Positions 12,426 to 26,208 of a DNA stretch of 64,000 nucleotides are shown here, one piece after another. The translations under genes and the position numbers were made by a program. Within the stretch, counting starts at the first letter, position 1, and every line of letters starts with the position of its first letter. The notes beneath the pieces were generated by a model, which saw nothing but the letters and a program-made list of their open reading frames with translations, did no database searches and had not been told where the DNA came from. Location of the stretch: NCBI RefSeq assembly GCF_009914755.1, contig NC_060932.1; one strand, 5' to 3'. The DNA comes from the human T2T-CHM13v2.0 reference genome, Homo sapiens.

Positions 12426-13929
12426 CACACATACACTTCTCTCCCACTCCATATTTGAGGTGGAACGGAAATGAGATGCCAAGGCCCTCAATCTGTTTCC
12501 AGTACTCCATAAGCACACCTCAACCTTTCTCTATCTTCTCCCAGTTCTCACCCCCTTTCTCCATTCCCTGTGAGCCCTGTCCCATCCTTAAGGATGTGTG
12601 TTCAGGCCACCTCCTGCCTGTCTCCACACTTCTGCACTTTCTCTTCTGTTGCCCTTCTCTCTTCCCAGAACCCGGCTGTCCCCTGCATGCACACTCAGAT
12701 CTTCATCTTCCTTCTGATGCTTTCCCTTCCTCCTGCCTTCAGCTACTACAACTGCCTCACTTGAGAGTCTCGACCTCCTTCCCTGCATCTGTAATCGTCA
12801 GTGAAATGTTGAGCACAGCTGGATTTTCTAAGCCAATGGTTAATTGCAGGGAGCTGAGGGTGACCCAGTGGCAGTTTCAAGTATTTGGAGTGTGAAGTAA
12901 TGAAGACGCTGGTGAGCAGACCAGCTGAAAATCAGCAAACAGGCCCCCTGAACAGCTTCCAAGGAGTCTGATGATAGTGGCTTTCTCTCCCCAGCTGGCA
13001 AGGCTTGTGCTTCAGCCAGAAGCAGACAAGAGTCAGAGACCACCCCAGGGAGATGCACAGTGGGAAGAGTGTGTCCTCAGACCTGCAGAAGGATTTTGAT
13101 AACTACCCCAGTTACCATGGCAGCTGGGCTCACAAAGGATTACACAGGAACTAGGCAGCAAAATCTTTAATGAAGTGGTGACCCCAAGAGCCTAGGTCTC
13201 CCCTCACCGGCAACAGTGGCCCCTCAATCCCCATCTCTGCTAATGAGGGACTCACTAACACCCCTCACACAGAGGACAGTCTGTACCGCCCCGAAGATGA
13301 AGGGGACAGCCAATCACATATGTCATGACCTCAGCTCAGGGTTGTGAAAACCGTGAGAACAGTCCATCTGTGCCCCCTACCGTCTCTTTCTTTGCCTGTC
13401 CACAAATCCAGACAACGGATGGGCAGATAAATACTCCAGGAGGCCACTCTGCAGGCCACTCTGTGGTCCCATGGGTTTATCTGCACTGAGGGAAATTTCT
13501 TGAAAAGTCTTCAATTTTGAAAATGCAGGATTTTAAGTGCTTACTCTATACAGGCATTGGGGGCTAAGCAGTGAAAAAAATCTAAGCACCTACACTCAAG
13601 GAGTTTACAGTCAAAGTGACTGAAATGCGAATAAACTAGCAGTTCTAACAGAAAAGCTTAGGGTTCTGGGAGTGAGGGAGTGATGAAAAAATGCGTATCA
13701 TATGACAGGTGCACAATCGATACTTAAATGAATTTGTTTATTGTAAAAGTGATCAATAAATTGAATCAACAATACACCAGGCACCTTCCTACCCCAGAAT
13801 ATTTGTACTTGCTCTTCTTGTCTGGAACATTCTTTTTAAAAAAAAAAAATTTTTTTAATTTTTAGTTATTTTTTTTAGCCCACCTGAATTCACCAGCACT
13901 GTCTGGAACATTTTTCCCCCGAATACCCT

Positions 13930-14385
13930 TGTATGAATTTCCTGCTGCTGCTGTAATAAATTACCACAGACTTAGAGGCTTCAAACAACACAAATCTATT
14001 CTCCTGCAGTTCTGGAGTCTGAAATCTAAGATCAAGGCATCAGCAGGGCCGCATTCCTTCTGGAAGTTGCAGAGGAGCATTTGCTTCCTCACCTTTTCCA
14101 GCTCCTAGAGTCCTCCTGCATTCCTTAGTTCCTGGCCCCTTCCTTGCCTCACTCCAACCTCTCACTTCAGTCATCCCATCTCTTACTACCGACTCTGACC
14201 CTCTTGCCTCCCTCTTATAAGTAAGTGAAGACATTGGGTCCACCAAGAAAATACGGAATAATCTCCCCATCTCAAATCTTTCGTCACATCTACAAAGTCT
14301 GTTTTACGAGGTAAAGTAACATATTCACAGGTCTGGGCATTGGGATGTGGATATATTCATGGGGGGTCACTATTCAGCTTACCTC
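13930..14385 (-). mobile_element. MLT1C-like MaLR LTR
   Basis: gctgctgtaataaattaccacagacttagaggcttcaaacaacacaaatctattctcctgcagttctggag. Confidence 0.78.
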
Positions 14386-14410
14386 AACCCTCAGGATGCC
14401 TGTCCTTAAA

Positions 14411-14712
14411 TTCTTTCTTTCTTTCTTTTGAGATGGAGTCTGGCTCTGTTGCCCAGGCCAGAGTGAAGTGGTGCAATCTGGGCTCACTGCAATCTCCGCC
14501 TCTCAGGTTCAAGCAATTCTCCTGCCTCAACCTCCCAAGTAGCTGGGATTACAGGTGCCTGCCACCATGCCTGGCTAACTTCTTTGTGTTTTTAGTAGAG
14601 ATGGTGTTTCATCATATCGGCCAGGCTGGTTTTGAACTCCCGACCTCAAGTGATCAGCCCCCCTAAGCCTCCCAAAGTGCTAGGATTACAGATGTGAGCC
14701 ACTGTGCCCAGT
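14411..14712 (-). mobile_element. AluS
   Basis: Full reverse-complement Alu. Confidence 0.92.
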
Positions 14713-14759
14713 CACTCTTCATCTGTAAGGCATTCTCGGTCAATCTAGCATAAAAGAGA

Positions 14760-15000
14760 TACACAGCCATGCCTCTGGCACTCTGTCTTCCTTACCCTGC
14801 TCAGTTTTTCTCCATTTTATTGATTCCCATCAGAAATACCAGGTATCTGCTCATTTATTATTTATTTATTTCCTCCCTCGACTCCATTGGAACGTAAGCT
14901 CCAGGAAGGCAAAGAATGTCCTTTGTCCACTCTTACAGCACCAAAGCCCAGAACAGAGCCTGACACTTAAGTGTTCATTCATATCTGTTAAATAAATGAA
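14760..15000 (-). mobile_element. L2 3' fragment
   Basis: gtaagctccaggaaggcaaagaatg...cccagaacagagcctgacac...atctgttaaataaatgaa. Confidence 0.65.
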
Positions 15001-15395
15001 AACATTCAGCCCATAGGTGAGATGGCATTGATGAAAACTCAGCCAGGCAAAGGAGTAGCAGAGAAAAAGGCGTGAAGAGGGCCCCAGATAAAGAGAAAAC
15101 ATGAACAAAACAAGAAGGTGTGGTTAGTTCCAGAAACAGAAAGACATTTGGTATTAGTCAGTGGTGCTCACTGTTGGTTGCCTGGCCAGAATCCATCCAC
15201 CCACTCCTCTTCTAATAGATCCCCAATTTTGAACATATGCCCACCACCCCCATATACACACGCCCCACATCACCCAGCAGAGTCCGCCCCACGCGTTGTT
15301 ATCATACAAACGCTGGTCCCGGTAGGATGTATTTCCTAGGTTCCCATGGCAGCCACCGGTTTGACCCAAGGGAGGTGCTGATTAGAGATAGGAGG

Positions 15396-15773
15396 TGCTA
15401 TGGACTGAACTGTGTCCCCCCAAAATTCACACATTGAGCCCCTACCCCCACTGTTGTATTTGGAGACCGGACCTTAAAGGATGAATTAAGGTTCAGTGAG
15501 GGTGTAAGGGTGGGGCCCTAACCTGATAGGACAGATGTCCTTGTAAGAAGAGAAAGAGACCCCAGAGCCCTCTCGCTCTGCATACACACAAAGGAAAGGC
15601 CACATGAGGACACAGGGAGCAAGTGGCCATCAACAAGCCAGGAGGAGGGCCCTCACCGGGAACCAACCCTGCTGACACCCTGATCTTCGACCTATCTCCA
15701 GAACTGAGAAAACAAATGTCTGTTGTTTACACCAGCCACTGTGTGGTATTCTATTATGGAGGGGCAAGCTGAC
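15396..15773 (+). mobile_element. MLT1A/B MaLR LTR
   Basis: tgctatggactgaactgtgtccccccaaaattcac...ctccagaactgagaaaacaaatgtctgttgttt. Confidence 0.8.
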
Positions 15774-16620
15774 AAATCCAGGAAGAGAAGGAAAGAGCCA
15801 GGATATCCCCCTCCCTTCTTCCTTGACTCTAGCAGCATTCCCGCTTCCCCCAGGACGAGAGGCCCACGTGGCTCCTGTTCCTGCCAGGTGACTGAGGCCC
15901 AATCTTCAATCTTCGGACGATGTCCTGACAACTGTGTCTTGCTGCCTGCTAACCTCTGGGTGGCCACAACTTCCCTTGCTGGCTTCTCAGCCCTTCGTGA
16001 CCTATGTGACCAATTCCCTTCATTCATTCCCCTCTGTATCAAGAACTCACACTGATTCCTGTGTTCCTTGCTGCACCCTGCCTGACACCTTCTATGGAGC
16101 ATAAGGTGCCTGAGGGGAAGGCAGCACCAGAGCAGGTTCAAGGGCATGCAGAGGCCAGTTCACCAGACTCCTTGCCATCTAACTGCAGAGTTGGAATCAT
16201 ATCTAGAGACCAATGAGGAGCCATCCCTGCAGGCTTTTCAGCAGGTGGAGGGACATGTTTAGGGCTCCATTTTAGAAAGATCAAGTCACAATGAGCATCT
16301 ACCAGCAGCGCCTGGAGAATAATTCTTTGCGGCCTATATTTTCCACGTGGTTTCTCTAATGCTGTGTAAACATAGCCCAAGACTTTTTTCCCCAAAAGAA
16401 ATGATAGTGGACAGAGAACAGAGAAACAACAAAGAATAGAAGGTGAGAGCTGGCCTTGCACCTTCCCTAGAGCTAGGCCTTCTGGCTTCTAAATTATGTC
16501 TAGCTCCTAAATTGTGTGCAAACCACAATTTGGGGGGGCCCACTACTGAAGCAACAGTGTCCCCACTCACACTCATTCCCTTTACAAACCCCAGATTCTT
16601 GAATTTAAAAGGGAAGAAGG

Positions 16621-16995
<375 letters not shown>

Positions 16996-19415
16996 TTATC
17001 AATTCCAAGTAAGGGTGTCATATGGGGAATGCCAGCTGGTAGCTATAATTGAAAGGGCCAGGAGTTTGGTCTGTATGATTAGTCACACGAAGCTAGGAGA
17101 AGCCTAATTGTTCTTTGTCATTCTTCAGCAAAACTTCTCTCTCCCTTCTTTTAGTTGGTTTGCCTTTCTCCCTTTTTCCCTTCCTTTTCTTTTTCTTTTT
17201 TTTTTTTTTTTTTAAATATTCTTGGAAACCCTTTTCTGCCAATCACTGTCAGCGGCTACTCAGGCCTGAGCAGAGCAGCAGCAGATGCACAATGAGATAT
17301 GCAGACTTGGAAATGAGCTGTGGACGGTGCGTGGGAGGGAGCACTCCTCTCACGAGAAAGAGCAGAGAAAACACTCAATGCGAATACAGCCTTAGACAAA
17401 TTCTAATCTAATAAGAATCATTCTTCAGGTGCACAGACGGGCAGAAAACAGAAGTAAACGCTTCATCATGCAGAACTGATTTCTTTTAAGTAATCATAGG
17501 AATGTAATTCTCCAAGAGGTCGCTGAGATTCATACATATTGCTAATATATTTAAAGCTGAAGAGGGAAAGACAGCAGTCCCCAAACAGTGGTGCTGGAAC
17601 TAAATGGAAACAGACAGTGTCAGAGCTCAAGGTGAGGCTTCCTGTCCCAAGAGGCCAGGAATCATGAGAGATGCTCCTATGACAGGTATCCTTAATTCTC
17701 CAGGTCAGAGGGTCTGGTTAGGGCAGTTAGGGGAGGGGAGACAGGTTTTAAGAACACTGGCTTCTTTTACAAAACAGCAAATATTTCCTAGTGCTTGAGA
17801 AATGCCATGGATTTCAGGAAAAGGCTCATGAGGAAATTCAGAAGATCTATTTCTCTCCTGGCATCTCTCACTCATCATCAACCTAGACTCACCTCTGTTC
17901 ATCGGTGTGTGCAAGTGATCCTCTGTCATCTTCACAGCCACCTACACAGAACCACTACACAGGGCCTATGGCTGGGAAGCAGCGTGGGGTGGGGTGGACA
18001 GGACGCCATCAGCCTTCCACTTAGGCTCTTGTGGCTAATCTGGGAACATTAAGGTGACATATGGGGTCCTTGAGATACACTTGCAGGACTAGTTTTATAA
18101 CCTGTTTCAGCATTTCATCATTTTTTAATACAGTGGAGATGACTGGGACTTCTCTTCAACTCTGAGATGGCCTTGGAATTAACGACTTGATGAAGAAAGT
18201 CTTCATCTGTAAGATCAGCATGTCCCAGTGTCCCCCAAGGAGCAGATAAATCCTGATTCCTTTGATATTTTATGTACAAGGTCTCAATTGGATCTCCTTA
18301 GAGTGTATGCTTTAGGGTGGGTGGAAACCCTTTTTTTCTGAAAAAATACGCAACCATTGAATTCCAAGGAAAAGAACATTAAAACATTAACAACAAAAAT
18401 GATTCTTCTTTAAGCCCCTAGAACTTTATGACAATTTGTCACACATCAACTGTGCCTGCGTGTTCTCACCCTGTCTGTCTCTGTCTCTCTCTGTTCCAGC
18501 CTGTCACTCTCTCTGATATACTTTTCCCTCCCCTCTTCACCTGGCCAACTCCAGCTCATCTTCCAAACCTCATCCCTGAGGAGTCCCTTCCTCAGGGAAG
18601 TCCCTACCTTTACTAATACAACCCTCTATGATACTATCTCATGGCCTCCTGCACTCCTCCGTGGTGCCAGTCACAACTGCAAATCACTGATGGTTGACGT
18701 CATTATTTGTTTAATGCCTGTCTCCCCTCCCTGACTGTGAACTCCATGCAGGCAGTATGAGAGCCCTAAAAATGTGCCACTCAGGTCTCCTGCTGTAGGG
18801 AGGATAAGTGAACAAATGGCCCCAGCTGCTCTGCTCTGAACCCACCACTGCATTGTGCCCACACCACGCTTCCCAAGGGCTACTCCCAGCCACTGGCTGA
18901 GCCCAGCACTGAATGCAGTCCCTTCTGGCCTCTGGGACTCCTCTGACAAGCTACCTTACATCGAGGGCTCGGTAGTCACCTAACCAAAACCTTCCCAGCA
19001 TGGGGCTTCAGCCTGAGACTCTTCTTCCCCACCACTCCTTCCCGTCCTGCCTCCTTCACAGGGGCAGACTTGCAAGGTCATTCAATGGCTTGCGCCACTT
19101 CCTCTGGCTCCCTTTCTTGAGGACCTGTAGGATTTGCCTGTTGCAAGCAGCAGTTTCCCCTTATTACCCTCTGTTTCCTCAGGGCCTGGCACAAGGCCTG
19201 GTATATAAGAGGTGCTCAATTAAGATGTGTGAAATGCATAAATGCTCACAAACATGGGGGAAACCAGTTGAGAGAGGATGGACCAATCAGGGCAAACATG
19301 ACTCAGTCTCTGGGAAACTCCTCCAATGGCATTCCCTACAGAATCAATAACAGTGCCCTATTCCTCAGGGCCTTTGTGTTATATGAATGAGCACACCTAA
19401 AGGAAACAACCGCAG

Positions 19416-19552
19416 GCCGCGCATGGTGGCTCATGCCTGTAATCCCAGCGTTTTAGAAGGCCGAGGTGGGCATGTCACTTGAGGCCAGGAGTTCGAGACC
19501 AGACTGGCCAAAATGACGAAACCTTGTCTTTACTAAAAATACAAAAAAAATT
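19416..19552 (+). mobile_element. Alu left arm only
   Basis: ggccgcgcatggtggctc...tactaaaaatacaaaaaaaa, with no right arm. Confidence 0.85.
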
Positions 19553-21749
19553 TACAGGTATTAATTTGTCTGATTCGAATAGTTTAAGTTTTCCCATGGT
19601 GACAAAAAAAAAAAATCTTTGTGGCTTAAGACTCTCATCTGTAAATCTGAATTCTGTTCTGGACAGCCTGCATTGTCCTTCTCATTTTCCAAAGACAGAA
19701 GCTAATAAGGCTTCTGAACACACAAGGTATAAAGCTGGACCCCCAAATCCAGAGAAGGTGAGGCCCTGGCTGGCTCAGGCCTCACTTCACTCAGGAACAC
19801 CTATGACATATTTCATATTTGCTGGAGTTGAGATTCAGGGACCTGAGGTCATGTCTATAGATTTGTTCTTGTGCTGAAACTCCCTTCTCTCATTAGATCT
19901 GGCAAATCCAAATCAGTTGGCTTTCCTAGCGCCATGCAAAGCACAACTGCTGACCCATTCTTGTCCCTGATGAGAGCTGGCACTCAGCCCTTTTACAGAC
20001 GTGACATTTTGTTATTTTCAGTCTTTACCTTATCTCCATGACAGTGTCCAGAATTCCTTGCTCTGGGCTTGTTGTATCAGCCAGGCAACTAGAAAAGAGT
20101 CTAGTTTTATTTCTTTCCTCCTCTTTTTTGTTTTTAAATCCATGTTTCCTTTTCATAAACATTAAAATCTTCCATCCTTCCGACAATGTTTAGAATCACT
20201 GGTTATCCCAAGTGGCCAGGAAAATGTGACTGAGTTCCACTGTTGGTAGTTCACTTTTGGCAAATGCCAAAGTAGGCAAATTACAAAACCAACAGGTTCT
20301 CTTTTTTTTCTCTCTCTCTCATTTCCAAAATACAAAATTAAACTATAACATTAAATAAACGTATTCAAACTGTACCTAACACTCCCAGTCCCCCAACCTT
20401 GTCCCCACTTTTGGAGATTCTGATACGCTCTCCTTGTTGGTAACCTCTGCCATGGATGGGGGTGAAGGGCTGAGACATTTTGCTCCAACACTGGACGGGC
20501 TCAGAAAAATTGAAAGTGGCAGATGATCCCAACCATCTCAGCAGGAATCCATTTTGGTACCAGGACCCTTCTCCACCGAGACACAATCTTACTACAGGCC
20601 ACTCATGGGACAGAAGCGACCCACCCACGAAAGGAAAGAGAGAGGCCTCTTCTGCACTGTGCCGCTCGTCTCTGACAGATGCAGCCTCCTGACTCACAGC
20701 TCCAAGGCTGCCAAAGTTCTTTCGCCCTGAAGCAGCATCTGGTTTCCTGATTAGAGCCTCTCCTTCGTCAAAGTCAAAAAACGGGTTCCCTCCGAGCAGG
20801 ACCTCGAGTCCCTCTAACGCTTCTTAGGTTTAATTGGAATAGTGGGTCGGAGAAGTCTCAACTGCCCTGGAGAGTAAGGCAGTCCCAGGGAGAGAGGCCT
20901 TCAGCCCAATCCTAGGGCTTGTCACATTGGCCTGAGTCCTATATCCAGCAAGCTGTGATCTGAGTCAATTCCATAACCGTTTCAGTACCTCCGTTTCCCC
21001 ACCCATAAAACTTAGCTCTGGGACTTGGGAGTCTTAATGAGCATTGGCCTTTCCTGAATAAATTAACCAGGTGCCGGAAACATCTGTGGCTGGAGGCAAA
21101 TCTACTGTATAAACAGAATATGGTATTCTTATACACACGACTGTAGCTAAAGCTCAAATACTAAGCCTGACTTCATCCTAAGTCCTGCGCAGTGGGTATC
21201 TGGGAAAAAGCCAACCTCTTCTCCTCTAGTCTAGGTTCTATTTGGAGAACTCACCTTCTCCTTTACGTTGCTCTGTTCTACTCAGGACAAAGGGGTTTCT
21301 GTCAAAAGTAAAGGAATCAATAGTTCTTACAGCATCACTTTTCATTTAAATCATATAACAATACTCCAAAAATAAATACCCCCAGGAGAATGTATGCTTC
21401 ATCCAGACAAAGCCAATATCTGTCTTATTCACCACCATATCCTCAGAGTTCAGCACAGTACTGATTCATGCTAAAAATAAATTAATTGAATGAATGAATA
21501 AAAGCAATAATAGCTCTAGAAAAAAATGTTATATGTTTGCATAGTTGCTTTATAGCAACTCCTTCCATGCTCTCCTCAATATATGAGTTTATTAGAGCAG
21601 AAAATACTAAGCAACTTGGTAAACTAGTGAATTAAGCCTCAGATTGAGCCTTGACAGTGAGTGGCAGAACTGGAACCAAAAGCTAGGTCTCCAAACACTC
21701 AATTCTGTCTTCTCACCTTAACAACTCACTGCTTCCCTTTATCTCTAGT

Positions 21750-21968
21750 TAGGGCCAGAAAACTACAGCCCTGAAAGCCGAATCCAGACCAATACCTGAT
21801 TAATAAAGTTTTCAGAACACAGCCACACCCATTCATTCACAGACTGTCTATGGCTACCTTTCCACTACAGTGGTAGAGTTGAGTAGTTGCCATAGAGAGC
21901 ATATGGCCCACAAAACTGAAAATATTTACTACCTGGCCCCTTACAGAAAAAAGTTAGCTGGTGCCTGC
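21750..21968 (+). mobile_element. MER58A hAT-Charlie DNA transposon
   Basis: aaactacagccc...aataaagttttcagaacacagccacacccattcattc...aaatatttactacctggccccttacagaaaaaagtt. Orientation uncertain. Confidence 0.8.
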
Positions 21969-22047
21969 TCTATATCCTCCTTCCCCTAGAATCCCATATC
22001 AGTCCCATATCAATCCCATATCAGTCTTTAGAAACAAGGGCTCTACG

Positions 22048-22374
<327 letters not shown>

Positions 22375-22539
22375 CTATGATTACACTGTTTTGGTCACAC
22401 AGCCCCACAATCAGAAACCACTAATGAGTGCTTGCTATTGTGAGATCAAAAAGCTTTACCACATCATCTTATTTAATTCTCCCAATAACCCTATGAGATA
22501 TGCATTATTACATGCATGCATAATGTGATAATAGAATTG

Positions 22540-22606
22540 GCCTGAACCGTATGAAATTGCCAATTTTTTTTTTGTCGATTGAATAGTGGCAATTTCATGT
22601 AGATGA
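22540..22606. mobile_element. MADE2-like mariner MITE remnant
   Basis: Inverted repeat atgaaattgcca / tggcaatttcat around a short spacer, preceded by tgaacc. Confidence 0.6.
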
Positions 22607-22882
22607 AGAGAATACCACTATCTGTTTTAGAGCTGAGAAAACAGGAGAAAGTGGTGCATTGGCACACAGTTAATAAATGAAAGAATGCTTTTTCTTCTTA
22701 AAACTTTACACTCCACTTTATTTATTCAAAGTTTTGCTAATTTTGAAGCAAAATACTCAGTCCAATGATGCTTAAGCAAGCCTTTCCCAAAATTTATTTT
22801 AGAAAATTTTCTGTTTGTCTTTTTATCACCAAGTAGTACCTATGAATATTCCACAAAACTACAGTTCCTTAGAATAGACTTT

Positions 22883-23229
<347 letters not shown>

Positions 23230-25095
23230 TCATCCGCATCAAATTTCCCGCAGCATTTCATAGATGCTGCCACCTCTGTCCCCCTAGCTGCAGTCATCTC
23301 CTGCCTCCCCAGAACACCCACGCAACTGCATTGGGCATGCCCAATTTGAAAACACACTGTACCTTGCTCCACTGGCAAGTGAAACTCCATTTTCACTGAA
23401 ATAACCTGAATAGTCCATGCTACTGCTGAAGGCTAATTCCATGTACAGGAATAATGAAGCTCCATCCTTGTGTGGCCTCGGATGTCAATTTCATACACTT
23501 GACCCATCCCATACCTCCCATTTGTGATGCAAATAAACTGCATGTTCCATCAAAACTGCTTGCTCTCCCTCTAAGCTCATGTTCTTTCAATTTATGTGCC
23601 AAATCAGTTGTAGACTCTTTCTCAGCAGTAGTGTCCAAAATCTGAGGCTGCCCTCTAGCCCAGGTCAATTAAGCAACATAATATATGTTTAACTGTGCTT
23701 TGCTTTTTTTAAAGAGAGAAAAAATTGCTTATATATATAAAGTTTACCATCAGGGTTCCATTGATTTCTGTTTTCCTTAGGAGTAATGTAAGTCCGTAAT
23801 TTGTCATAATCATCCTCCCTACCCCCTCCTAAAATATTAACTTGGTAGGGAGGTTGGAAATCTATCACAACCAATGGCAGACATCTGTGCACAAAAATAG
23901 CAAGTCTCGTATTTAATATTTTACTGCCATATTTTGAAACAACTGGTTAGGCAGCTGCTACTGTTATCTTCCAATTACTTCTCATTTTTCCAGAGACTTA
24001 AATGCAAGCTGTAACAAATTAAATCTAAATTTCTATATTCTCTTTTAAAAAAATAAAAGACTTTCAGAAAATACTGCAAAAAAAAAAAAGTCATTGAGAG
24101 GAAAAAAGGGATAATGGTGGCAAGACAGAGGACTTTATTCTCAATGCCTCCAATGATTTGTTTCATTTGCCTTAAGGTGTGAAGATATGCTGACCCCTAA
24201 GTGATCCAAGTATTCTCCATTCTACATAGGCTCTTAGTGCTGAGACTTTGCAGTTTGCTAAAAATGCACTTTTCCCTGCAATCTTGTAAAGGTGCCCCAG
24301 AAGAAATTCCTTCACCAAATGTTAAATATTCTCTGTTGTACCACTCTATCAATGGTGTTCAAATACACAAGAAATCTCTCAAAAGCCTTAATAGGTCATA
24401 TTTTGGAGATACCAATTCAAACAAAATTGCACATGGTTCCAATTGAACAGCAAGGCGGAGAACAGTGTAATTATTTTTTTTCCAACATCAACATGCTTTT
24501 CACCTTAAATTATGAGGCTTGTGCTTAGAAATTATATTTTTGCTAGAAAAATAACACATTTTCTAATCTTGTCTGTTTTCATTTTTCATACGATTCCTTG
24601 ATCCTAATTAGGGGGCACTGAGGGTGAGGGTAGGAGGCCGACTGTCACAATTTGTCCCTCTGACTGCCAGGATTCAACATAGATTTCAAAATAGAACTTA
24701 CGTCACTGAGGCTTTTTTCAGTGCAAGGTTCTGAAGTGGAACACACTTGCTGTTCTTTTGGATGCGGTATCTACACTGCTCCTGCACAGTGGCTGCTGCA
24801 ATCAGCACAGCCATGTAAACAATGCGCCACTATCATCTCAGGCTTATGGCATACAAGGCTCTCTAGACCTGGATCCTTCCAGCCTTCTGTGTCCCTCCTC
24901 CTCCTCCTCTTCCCTGTCCTTGTCCTCTTCCTGCACAGTCCAACATAACTATTACTCTTAACCTCTCCAGAGAGGTGGCTATTCTATAGTGAGTTATTAA
25001 ATTATGTCTTCCCAATATCATCTGGTAACTTTAAAAATAAAAAAAAAAAAAAAGTCCAGGCCTTATTGAAGCCTTTAGTTTAAAAGAAAAATCTT

Positions 25096-25397
25096 GGCTG
25101 GTCGCGGTGGCTCACACCTATAATCCCAGCACTTTGGGAGGCAGAGGCGGGGGATCACCTGAGGTCAGGAATGCGAGACCAGCCTGGCCAACATGGTAAA
25201 ACCCAGTCTTACTAAATATTAAAAAATTAGCTGGGTGTGGTGGTGTGCACCTGTAATCCCAGCTACTCAGGAGGCTGAGGCAGGAGAATCACTGAACCCA
25301 GGAAGCGGAGGTTGCAGTGAGCTGAGATCACACCACTGCACTCCAGCCTGGTTGACAGAGACTCCATCTCAAACAAACAACAACAACAACAACAAAA
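25096..25397 (+). mobile_element. AluS with (CAA)n tail
   Basis: Full Alu. Confidence 0.92.
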
Positions 25398-25435
25398 CTT
25401 CCTTGGCAACACAGCCAGATTCAGGAACAACAGTA

Positions 25436-26028
25436 TGGACACCTCCTGACTTAGGATGGCTTAACTTACAATTTTTCAACTTTACGATGGTGCAAAACAA
25501 TGCACATTCAGTAGAATTTTTTTTTGTGATTGCCTTTTTGTTTTTTGTAGAAGCAGGTCTCACTGTTTCCCAGGTTCAGGTTGATCTCAAACTCCTGGGC
25601 TCAAGCAATCCTCCTGCCTTGGCCTCCCAAAGTGCCGTGATTAGAGGTGTGAGCCACGGCACCCAGTCTGAATTTTCAATTTTGATCTTTTTCTGGGCTA
25701 GTGATAGACAGTATGATACTTTTTCATGATGCTGGCAGTAGCAGCAAGTTGCAGCTCCCAGTCAGCCACCCAATCACAAGGCAAACAACAGATACAGTGT
25801 ATTGTATTCAGCAAATCACATGAGATATTTACCACTTTATAACAAAATAGGCTTTGTGTTATTTTGCCCAACTGTAGGCTAATGTAAGTGTTCTGAGCAC
25901 GTTTAAGGTAGGCTAGGTTATGCTATGGTATAGGTTAGGTGTATTCAATGCATTTTCAACTTACAATATTTTCAACTTACAATGCATTTGTCTGGATGTA
26001 ACTGCACTTCATGTCAAGGAGCATCTGT
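25436..26028 (-). mobile_element. MER47/Tigger5 TcMar DNA transposon interrupted by a FLAM/AluJ monomer (~25516-25668, minus)
   Basis: gcccaactgtaggctaatgtaagtgttctgagcacgtttaaggtaggctagg; terminal ...gtcaaggagcatctg followed by TA. Confidence 0.75.
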
Positions 26029-26029
26029 A

Positions 26030-26208
26030 CTAGAGCAAACTTCACCAAGCAATAGTCACCTGGGGTGCTGGTGAAGACAGGTGCTTGGTTAAGCTTCATC
26101 CTCAAAGCTCTTGATTCAGTTAAGTCTGGGTTGAGGCCTGAAAATTTGCATTTCTAACAAGTTTGCAGGTGATTTTTACCCAGGGGCCATACTTTGGGAA
26201 CCACTGCT
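26030..26208. mobile_element. MER5A hAT-Charlie
   Basis: ttgcatttctaacaagtttgcaggtgat...catactttgggaaccactg. Confidence 0.75.
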
